Of a stretch of 64,000 nucleotides of DNA, positions 42,200-51,700 are shown in pieces. How positions within the stretch are numbered: position 1 is the stretch's first letter; each line of letters starts with the position of its first letter. Location: assembly GCA_965237675.1 (NCBI GenBank), contig OZ250150.1:4864001-4928000 (forward strand), given 5' to 3'. The position numbers and the translations under genes are program-made. The notes beneath the pieces are model-generated. The model worked only from the letters and a program-made list of their open reading frames with translations, was not told the DNA's origin and did not search any database. Source of the stretch: Candidatus Latescibacterota bacterium (GTDB lineage Bacteria; Latescibacterota; UBA2968; GCA-2709665).

Positions 42200-44248
42200 A
42201 TGATCAAGTTAACGTTTTCGAGCCTCATGCTCTTTTTTACGACTGTCTTGTTTGCACAGAACATCCGCGCACAGGACTACAATCGCTGGAGCTTGCCCGA
42301 AGGAGCGCTCGTGCGGCTGGGCAAAGGAGACGTGCGCGACGTCACCTGGTCGCAGGACGGCACGCGCCTGGCCGTGGGGGGCACCGCCGGCATCTGGCTC
42401 TACGATGCCCAGACAGGTGATGAAATTTCGCTGCTCACAGGCCATACGAGAAGAGTCAATCATGTGGTGTATTCGACGGATGGGTCGATGCTGGCCAGCG
42501 CCGGTCACGATGGTACCATGCGGTTGTGGGACGCGGCCACCGGACAGGAAAAAAGCACCATCGAAGCCCATCGCGGGTCTGTCACGTCGGTGGCGTTTTC
42601 ACCGGATGGAACGACGGTGGCAAGCGTCGGTTATACGAACGAGGTGCGGTTGTGGGACGTGGCCACAGGGCAGGAGAAAAGCACTCTGAGCGGGCATACC
42701 CGGAGGCTCAGGTCGGTGGTGTTCTCGCCGGATGGGACGACATTGGCAAGCGCCAGTGAAGACAGTACGGCGCGGCTGTGGGACGTGGCCACAGGGCAGG
42801 CAAAACACACCCTGACGGGACATAGGTGGTTTGTCAATTCTGTGGCGTTTTCGCCGGATGGGACGACATTGGCAAGCGCCAGCAATGACAGTACGGTGCG
42901 GTTGTGGGACGTGGCCACAGGGCAGGTAAGACACACCCTCACAGGACATCCCCATTGGGTCCGTTCGGTGGTGTTTTCGCCCGACGGGACCACGCTGGCA
43001 AGCGGCAGTACAGACCGTACGGTGTGGTTGTGGGATATGGCCACCCGACAGAAGAAAGGCATCCTCACAGGCCACACAGGTGGGGTCATCTCGGTGGCGT
43101 TTTCGCCGGATGGGATGACCCTGGCAAGCGGCAGCTCGGACAATACGGTGCGGGTGTGGGACGTCGCAACGGGGCAGGAAAAAGGCACTATCACGGGACA
43201 CACGCCTTTTGTCTGGTCGGTGGCGTTTTCGCCGGATGGGACCACGGTGGCAGGCGCCAATAGCGACGGTACGATACGACTGTGGGACGTGACCACCTGG
43301 CAGAAAAAAAGCACACTCGGAGGGGACATGCGCAGGCTCAGGTCGGTGGCGTTTTCGCCCGATGGGACGATGCTGGCAAGCGGCGGCACTGATGTGCGGT
43401 TGTGGGACGTGGCGACGGGGGAGGGAAAAAGCACTCTCACAGGACATACCCGTGCTGTCGGTTCGGTGGTGTTTTCGCCGGATGGGACCACCCTGGCAAG
43501 CGGCAGTGATGATGATACGGTGCGGTTGTGGGACGTGGCCACAGGGCAGGTAAAACGCGCCCTGACAGGACATACCCATGATGTCAGGTCGGTGGCGTTT
43601 TCGCCGGATGGGACCACCCTGGCAAGCGGCAGTTACGACCACACGGTGCGGTTGTGGGACGTGGCCACCGGACAGGAACAAAGCACCCTCACAGGACATA
43701 CGTCCTGGGTCACTTCCGTGGTGTTTTCGCCGGATGGGATGACAGTGGCAAGCGGCAGTCGTGACAATACGGTGCGGTTGTGGAACGTGACCACAGGGCG
43801 GGAAAAACACACCCTCACAGGACATGAGCGGAATGTCGAGTCGGTGGCGTTCTCACCTGATGGGAGAACGCTGGTAAGCGCCAGTCACGACAACAAAATG
43901 CTGCTTTGGGACGTGGACACCTGGCAGGAAATAGGCGTTCTTACAGGACATACGTGGATAATCGCTTCGGTGGCGTTCTCGCCGGATGGGCAGATCCTGG
44001 CAAGCTGCAGTTACGACGGCACGATTCTACTGTGGAATGTCTCCCCGTATGTCGCACCTCAATCCCTTGTTGCCGACTTCGACGGCGACGGGACCGTGGG
44101 TTTTCCCGACTTCTTGCAGTTTGCGTCGCAGTTCGGTCAGAGCCAGGACGACGCCGGATTTGACGCGCGCTTCGATCTGGACAGCGACGGCACCGTCGGG
44201 TTCAACGATTTCGTGATCTTCACACGCAGCTTCGGCAACGGTACGTGA
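42200..44248 (+). CDS. Secreted WD40 protein (14 repeats) with EF-hand/dockerin-like tail
   Basis: GHTRRV subfamily; tail nearly identical to that of 39659. Confidence 0.93.
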   Translation: MIKLTFSSLMLFFTTVLFAQNIRAQDYNRWSLPEGALVRLGKGDVRDVTWSQDGTRLAVGGTAGIWLYDAQTGDEISLLTGHTRRVNHVVYSTDGSMLASAGHDGTMRLWDAATGQEKSTIEAHRGSVTSVAFSPDGTTVASVGYTNEVRLWDVATGQEKSTLSGHTRRLRSVVFSPDGTTLASASEDSTARLWDVATGQAKHTLTGHRWFVNSVAFSPDGTTLASASNDSTVRLWDVATGQVRHTLTGHPHWVRSVVFSPDGTTLASGSTDRTVWLWDMATRQKKGILTGHTGGVISVAFSPDGMTLASGSSDNTVRVWDVATGQEKGTITGHTPFVWSVAFSPDGTTVAGANSDGTIRLWDVTTWQKKSTLGGDMRRLRSVAFSPDGTMLASGGTDVRLWDVATGEGKSTLTGHTRAVGSVVFSPDGTTLASGSDDDTVRLWDVATGQVKRALTGHTHDVRSVAFSPDGTTLASGSYDHTVRLWDVATGQEQSTLTGHTSWVTSVVFSPDGMTVASGSRDNTVRLWNVTTGREKHTLTGHERNVESVAFSPDGRTLVSASHDNKMLLWDVDTWQEIGVLTGHTWIIASVAFSPDGQILASCSYDGTILLWNVSPYVAPQSLVADFDGDGTVGFPDFLQFASQFGQSQDDAGFDARFDLDSDGTVGFNDFVIFTRSFGNGT

Positions 44249-44620
44249 GGCGCCGTCGACCCGCTGATCGGTGTATAAACCGGCAGTCTGAACCCGCTGC
44301 CGGATCAATACGGCCAGAACCGAAACATTCTCAATCCGTCCTCCGCCATCCGCTATCAGCCTTCAGAGGCGGGGCCTGCCCGGGCAGGCCATCTATAATG
44401 TGCCGGACCGGGAGGTGTGCGTTCCGGTGGACGCGACGACGGACGCGGGTCTTGCTGTCATCTGCCTTGGTCGCGGACCTGCCGCGCCAACCGCTCGCTC
44501 CGGAAGAACGGCGCCGTCCGGCTCCCGCGACCTGACCCTGGCAAGGCGGCCTTCGCCGAGACTTCCCCGCGTGGAATAACACGTGCTCCCGCCCGGCATG
44601 ACCCGCTGCCGCTGGACCGC

Positions 44621-45360
44621 CTATTCAACGGCCCCGATCCGGTAGCCGACCCCCGGCTCGTTGAAGATGTAGGTGGGGTTGCCCGCGTCGTCTCCCAACT
44701 TGCGTCTCAGGCTCTTTACCGCCGAGCGCAATGGCCTCGTATCACCGTCGCTTCTCTTGCGCCATACCCTTTGCAACAGATGATCGCGCGTCATGATCAC
44801 GCCAGCATTCAACGAGAGTTCCACCAGCAGCCGATACTCGAAAACCGTCAGCCCTACCGTCCGGTCGTCAACGGCAACTCTCCGCCTGGCGTAGTCAATG
44901 GTCAATCGTCCCATCACAAAGGGTTCTTCCGGCTCCTTCTGATCGGACGGCGTCGCCTTGCGCAGCGCCGCCCGGATCCTGGCCACCAGTTCCGTAGGCG
45001 AAAAGGGCTTGACCACGTAGTCGGCGGCGCCGGCTTCGAACGCCCGCGCAATCGCATCGTCGTGGCCGTATGCGGAAAGAAACACGACCGGCACCTCTGC
45101 GTCCTTGAAAATGGCCTGCATAATCTCGATGCCGTCGGTCCCCGGCAATACGAGGTCCAGCAAAACCAATTGGGGGCAGTGCTCTTCCAGAAGCCTGGGC
45201 ACCTCGTCCGGGTCGTCTGTGGCCACCAGCGCGTAGCCGGCATTCGATAGAGCTTCCCGTACATTCCGCAACGTCTGCGGGTCGTCGTCCACAACCAGGA
45301 TGGGCGTTCGCCCCGGCCGGCTCCTTCTTACACCGCCTGCGTCCGAATCTGCCGCTCCGT
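44621..45360 (-). pseudogene. 5'-truncated REC/OmpR-type wHTH remnant of a hybrid kinase (paralog of 61018-63405)
   Basis: Very similar to the C-terminal ~240 aa of the 61018 gene; homology ends at ~45360. Confidence 0.8.
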
Positions 45361-45412
45361 CGCGTTCAGCGATTTTGTGATCTTCGCACGCAGCTTCGGC
45401 CAGAGTACGTGA
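45357..45412 (+). pseudogene. 3' stub of a deleted WD40/EF-hand gene (VAFSDFVIFARSFGQST*)
   Basis: TTCAGCGATTTTGTGATCTTCGCACGCAGCTTCGGCCAGAGTACGTGA matches WD40 gene ends. Confidence 0.8.
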
Positions 45413-45444
45413 GGCGCCGACACCGTGTCAGAACGAGACCGCGG

Positions 45445-45681
45445 CAGGTGATAGTTGGAATCCACGTCGTTTAACTTCTGGCCGCTGTAGGTCTACGTGA
45501 GAAACTATGGCTCGGGGCAAGTGCTGAAATGACACGTGGCGCTGTGTGAGTGTTCGAGCGATGCCACCGAAAAACGTATACCATTTCTCTTCATATCGCC
45601 ATCACTCGCTCCAGGTCATTAAAAAAATCACATCAATCACAGTCTCTGCATCCGGTTTAATCACAGTTAATCATAGTCCAG
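45445..45681 (+). repeat. Cassette unit B, last copy, with TAATCACAGT boxes
   Basis: TTG at 45455, TAG at codon 12, TGA at codon 26 (45530-45532), conserved tail. Confidence 0.75.
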
Positions 45682-46280
45682 AGTTGACATTGTCGGAACT
45701 GTGGATTGATCTACCGATTAATTTACGTATTTGACTTTTATATTTTCTATATTATCTTCACTGTCCATAACATTGAAGCACAGCAGGAGCAGTCAAACGG
45801 TGTCGCCAGGGGCGTGTGTCCTCCACCGCAACGGCATCCCGCCGTCGGTAGAAGTGGTAACCGAATTGCCGGTGTCGCTCTACCGCTGCTACTCCGCAAA
45901 ACTCAAGACGGACAATACCGGAAGTACGGAAAAGAGCCAACGACCGCGGGTCCGATGCCTGGCGCCTGGCGAAACATCGTGCGAAGCAGATCATAACCCG
46001 CTTGGATAGCCAATACAAGCAGGGGCTGCTGAACCGGATGTTGAGATGACCCACGCCGAACCGTAGAGGTGCAAGTGCACCGATTTCGAATTAGGGCAAG
46101 CGCGCTGAATAGTCAGCCCGATTTGTTTCCACGTCAGGACCGTATAACCAACGGGAGTACCCGGCCTGGAGAGCCAGCGACCAGGGACGCCCGTCACAAG
46201 CGGATGTATCGCAAATCATCCAGGGAGGATATCCAGATGAAGAAGCGTTCGACGTTCAATATGGCCTTGTTGTTGGGGGG

Positions 46281-48146
46281 GTGAGAAATATCAATCACGT
46301 GATCCGCGCACAAAGAGTCCTGTCACCCGGCGGCGTGACCGCTCCCAAGGCGCTGTCGGCGGCCCTGATCGTGACGTTCGTGCTGGCGGGCGCGGCTTTC
46401 GCACAGACCGTTCAGGAAGTACTGGACCTGAACCCAATCGACCAGATCGTCGACACCCACAATCTCGAGCTTAAGGGCGCCCGCAATATTGCCATCTTCA
46501 AGATAGGCGAGCGGACCTACGCGGCCGTCACGGGCTACTACGACGATGGCGTCCAGATACTCGACCTGACCGACCCTGCCAATATCGAAGCGAGTGGCCA
46601 GATCACCGATACCAGCCGCCTGGAGCTTAGGGGCCCACGCGGCATCACGACCTCCAAGATAGGCGACGGCACCTACGCGGCCGTCGCAGGACACAAAGAC
46701 CACGGCGTCCAGATACTCGACCTGACCGACCCTGCCAATATCAGAGCGAGCGGCCGGATCACCGACGATGACGTTCGCGAGCTTGAAGGCCCAGCTGATA
46801 TCGCCACATTCAAAAAAGACGGGCGCACCTACGCGGCAGTAGCAGCCACCGACGACAACGGCGTCCAGATACTCGACCTGACCAATCCTAGCGAACCTGA
46901 GTGGTCCGGCCAGATTCCAGACAATCCAGACTTGGTGCTTTTTGCCGCAACTGGCATCACCACCTTCAAGATAGGCGAGCGCACCTACGCAGCCGTCGCC
47001 GCATTGCTCGACGACGGCATACAGATACTCGACCTGACCGACCCTGCCAATATCAGAGCCGCCGGCCAGATTACCGACAGCGACATTCGCGAGCTTGACG
47101 GCGCATTGGATGTTGACCCTTTCGAGATAGGCGGGCACACCTATCTGGCCGTCGCGGCACACGACGACAACGGCGTCCAGATAATCCATCTGACCGGGGA
47201 ATCTCGACTCAACCGCCCGCCGACTGCCGACGCCAGTCCAGACCAGACAGTCCAGGAGGGGTCGTCAGTGACGTTGTCCGGAACGGCCTCCGATCCGGAC
47301 GGCGATAATCTGTCCTACCAGTGGACCCACGACCGGGACGACCTGGGCGTCTCACTTGACGACACGGCGGCCCTCTCGACGACATTTACTGCGCTCCAGG
47401 TGGACTCTGATGCCGCCATCACCTTCACGCTTACTGCCACCGACGAACACGGCGCCCAGGGCTCTGACACAGTTGCCGTCACCGTCCAAGACGTTCCTTC
47501 CGACCCGCCTCAGGAGAATACCGTCGTCCTGGAACCGCCCGAGCAGCGCGGCTCCCGCGACATAGGAACGATCACCCTGGTCAGCTCCCGGCCGGGAACC
47601 ATCCAGGCCAGCTGGGAGGCGCCAACCGAGAATCCGGCCAACTACCGCATATCATGGGGTAAGGCAGGAGAGAACTTCCGCACCTGGACCGACCCCTCCT
47701 GCAACGCCTTCCCCACCGAACCCTCCTACACCATCGCCGGCCTGGAAGGGGGCGAGGAATACAAGGTGAAGGTCCGCGCCTCATATAGCGGCACTGCCGG
47801 CGACTGGAGCGGCCAGGCCACCATCACCGTCGCAGACGTTGCGGCGTCTAAGCCCGTCGTGCCGAGTCTGACCTTCGGGCTCGGGGCGAATTTTCCCAAT
47901 CCGTTTAATCCCGATACTTAGATCGGCTACACCCTATCCACAGCCGGTCTCGTGGAGTTGGCGATTTACAATATCCTGGGACAGCGGGTACGCATCCTGG
48001 TGCAGGAGATTCAGGCCGCTGGTAGCCATCAGGTTGTCTGGAATGGGCGCAACGACAATGGTACGCGAGTTGCCAGCGGGATATATCTGTATCGGTTGTC
48101 CAGTGCACAGGAGGTGCAGGTGCGGCGTCTGTTGCTGCTGAAATAG
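46281..48146 (+). pseudogene. Secreted LVIVD-like repeat, PKD-like and Fn3 protein with FlgD-Ig C-terminal domain interrupted by an in-frame TAG (47919-47921)
   Basis: Five TYAAV...DDGVQILDLTDP repeats; NRPPTADA; NFPNPFNPDT*IGYTL continues in frame to IYNILGQRV..ASGIYLYRL. Confidence 0.8.
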
Positions 48147-48170
48147 CGCGTCCGAAGGGGTGCGATGATT

Positions 48171-48215
48171 CAAGGACTGTCCAGTATCTGATGGGGGACA
48201 GCCCTTGTTTTTCTT
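48171..48215 (+). terminator. Rho-independent terminator
   Basis: CAAGGACTGTCC...GGACAGCCCTTG followed by TTTTTCTT. Confidence 0.65.
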
Positions 48216-48470
48216 ACGGTTGAAAAATGAGTTAAATCTGGTTTGGGATGTCCTGTGTGACATATCAGGTGAGATGTAAACGTGAGACGTTACAGGCACT
48301 CCGCATCGCAGCTGGTCATCTGCCGAATGCGAACACGGGCGGCGGCGCGAAACGGGTGATTTGTTCCATCAACATGCGCTCGTCCGTATCACAGCCCGCT
48401 GAACGGCCAGGATTCCGCGTCCACGATACCGGTTCGAGACGCAATTAACCGAATCGCAGGGAAACTTGAC

Positions 48471-48710
48471 GTGTCGGTTCTGACGTCCAATCCGGTCTTC
48501 GGCCAGGGCCCCGGCGAACGCGTTCGCATTACAACCTCAGGCGGAAAGATGATCGGAACCGTCTCGGAGAAGAGCGGAGAGGCATTTAACATCAGGCTCC
48601 AGGGCGGCAGATTTCGCTCCGTCGCATTAAGCGACATTCGCAATCCGGAGCGCAGCCTCGAAAAACGGAACAACGCGAAAAAGGGATGCCTGATCGGAGG
48701 TAGCACCTGA
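48471..48710 (+). pseudogene. Possible gene fragment
   Basis: Protein-like GERVRITT..IGTV..RSVALSDIR..ERSL..KKGCLIG that stops abruptly. Confidence 0.3.
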
Positions 48711-48777
48711 GGGGAGGGGCTGCCGGTCACTACGCTCAGCCACGACCAAAACTGAAAGACTCCAGGGAGGAAATCCG

Positions 48778-51700
48778 ATGAAAACGTCTTCGTCGTTCGG
48801 CCTCGTTCTTCTGTCAATCGGTGTCCTATCAGCACAGGATGCACGTACACAGGACCATACTCGCTGGGGCCTGCCCGAAGGGGCCGTCTCACGACTGGGC
48901 AAAGGAAACATCGGCACTGGCGACCGCGCGATTGCCTATTCGCCGGACGGCAGGCGGATCGCTGTGGCCGGTAATATAGGGATCTGGCTCTACGATGCCC
49001 ACACCGGGGCCGAATTGGCCCTGCTCACGGGTCATGCGTCTTCGGTAACTTCGGTGGCGTTTTCGCCCGACGGAACCACACTGGCAAGTGGCAGCTGGAA
49101 GGAGATTCGGTTGTGGGACGTGGACACCGGGCAGATAAAATACACGCTCACAGAAGGTATTTCGCGTGTGACATCCGTGGTGTTTTCACCGGATGGAACC
49201 GTCCTGGCAGGCGCCGGCGGATTGCGGATTCGTTTGTGGGACGTGGACAGCGGCCAGGGAAAACACACTTTCACAGGACATGCTGATGTGGTCCGTTCGG
49301 TGGCGTTTTCGCCCGACGGAAACACCCTGGCCAGCGCCGGCGGGTCACGGATCCTGTTGACGGACATACATACGGCTCAGGAAAAACGCATCCTCACGGG
49401 ACATACTGATGCGGTCCGTTCGGTGGCATTTTCGCCCGACGGAAACACCCTGGCCAGCGCCGGCGCCGACAATACAGTGCGATTTTGGGACGTGGACACC
49501 GGGCAGATTAATCACACGCTACGAGGACACTGGCTGCCTGTTACTTCGGTGGCGTTTTCGCCCGATGGAAATACCCTGGCAAGTGGTGGTGGAGACAACA
49601 CCGTGCGGTTGTGGGACGCCCGCACCGCACAGGAGACAGACTCCCTCTCAGAACACACGTCCGCAGTGACTTCGGTGGCGTTTTCGCCCGATGGAAACAC
49701 CCTGGCAAGCGCCGGTGGTTCGGGGATCCGGTTGTGGGACTTGGGCACAAGACGGGTAAGACACACCCTTGCGGAACATCTGGTAAACGTTTCTTCGGTG
49801 GCGTTTTCGCCTGATGGAAATACCCTGGCAAGTGGTGGTGAAAACCCGGTGTTGTGGGACCTGGCCACTGGCCAGGTGAAATCCCGCCTGGTTGGACATA
49901 TATCGTCTGTTACTTCGGTTGCGTTTTCGCCTGATGGGAACACCCTGGCAAGCGCCAGTACGGACACGACGGTGCGTTTGTGGGACGTGCATACCGGGCA
50001 GGTAAAACACACCCTGCGAGGGCACAGGTGGAATGTCAGATCGGTGGCGTTTTCGCCCGATGGGAACACGCTGGCGAGCGGAAGTGACGACCGCACGATA
50101 CGGCTATGGGACGTCGCCACAGGCACGGAAAAACATGTACTGACATTACAATGGGGGTCTGTTACTTCGGTGGTGTTTTCTCCCGGTGGGAACACGCTGG
50201 CAAGCGGAAATGACAACCGTACGATACGGCTATGGGACGTCGCCACAGGCACGGAAAAACATGTACTAACGGGCCATGGAAGCGACGTCTCTTCACTGGC
50301 GTTCTCACCCGACGGAAGGACACTGGCCAGTGGGGGCGGGAGGGCGATTCGGTTGTGGAACGTGGACACCGGCGAGTTGGAATACACACTCACGGAACAG
50401 ACGTCCTCGGTCCATTCGATCGCGTTTTCGTCGAATGGGAAGACCCTGGCAAGCGGCAGTTTCGACAATCAGGTGCGGTTGTGGGACGTGGACACGGGCA
50501 AGGAAACAGACACGCTCACAGGACATAGAGGCAGCGTGCTTTCGGTATCGTTTTCGCCCGATGGAACCACCCTGGCAAGCGGCAGCGTCGACGGTACGAT
50601 TCTCGTCTGGCAAAAGTCCGAGTGGGCGGGGGCCGATCCCGACGGACCCACGGACGGGTTAACACCGGCCGGAATCTCACGATGGGGATTGCCCGAAGGC
50701 GCTATCGCCCGCTTCGGCAAAGGCGGGATTGGCAGTGGCGACCGGGCGGCTGCCTGGTCGCCGGACGGCGCGCTGCTGGCCGCGGCCAGCAGCATCGGTA
50801 TCTGGCTCTACGATGCCCACACCGGGGTCGAAGTCGCCCTGCTCGCGGACCATAATTATTGGGTCAATGCGGTAGCGTTTTCGCCTGATGGAAATACCCT
50901 GGCAAGTGGTGGTGAAAACGCGGTGTTGTGGGACCTGGCCACTGGCCAGGTGATATACCGCCTGGATGGACATATATCGTCTGTTACTTCGGTTACGTTT
51001 TCGCCCGATGGACGTACGCTGGCCAGCGGGAGCAGGGACAATACGATTCGGTTGTGGGACGTGACCACGGGACAGGAAAAACACACCCTCGCAGGGCATT
51101 CGGATCCGGTCCGATCGGTGGCCTTTTCGCCCGATGGACGTACGCTGGCCAGCGGGAGCAGGGACGCAACGGTGGGGTTGTGGAACGTCTTCACGGGACA
51201 GGAAAAACACACCCTTACAGGACATACGTCTTCGGTTATTTCGGTGGCTTTTTCGCCTGATGGAAGCACGCTGGCCAGTGGAGGCGGCGACGCCGTGTTG
51301 TGGGAAGTGGCCACCGGCGAGAAAAAACACATTCTCGAACATCGTCTGGGTGTCACTTCGGTCGCGTACTCCCCCGATGGACGTACACTGGCCAGTGCAT
51401 CCTTTAGCGACACCCCCGGAGAAAATACGATACGGTTGTGGGACACGGCCACCGGGCGGAAGAAATCCAACTTCACGGGACCTACGTGGGAAGTCAATTC
51501 GGTGGCGTTCTCGCCCGATGGACGCACACTGGTCAGTGCCAGTCAGTCCGACAGGATTCGGCTGTGGGACGTGGCCACCGTACGGGAGAAAAACGCCATC
51601 ACTGGACATGGGTCTTTCGTTACTTCGGTGGCGTTGTCACCCGACGGGAACACCGTGGCCTACAGCGATAACAGCCCCACGGTGCGGGTGTGGGACGTGG

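Noticed and set aside
19064-43825. Long antisense and alternate-frame ORFs over WD40 genes (e.g. 31730-33388, 42599-43825, 29893-30987)
   Set aside because: Shadows of the repetitive GC-rich WD40 coding strand; no independent protein signature
47919-47921. Genome-wide amber recoding
   Set aside because: Several clear genes end at TAG (7274, 8218, 15648, 48146), and no pyl genes are seen
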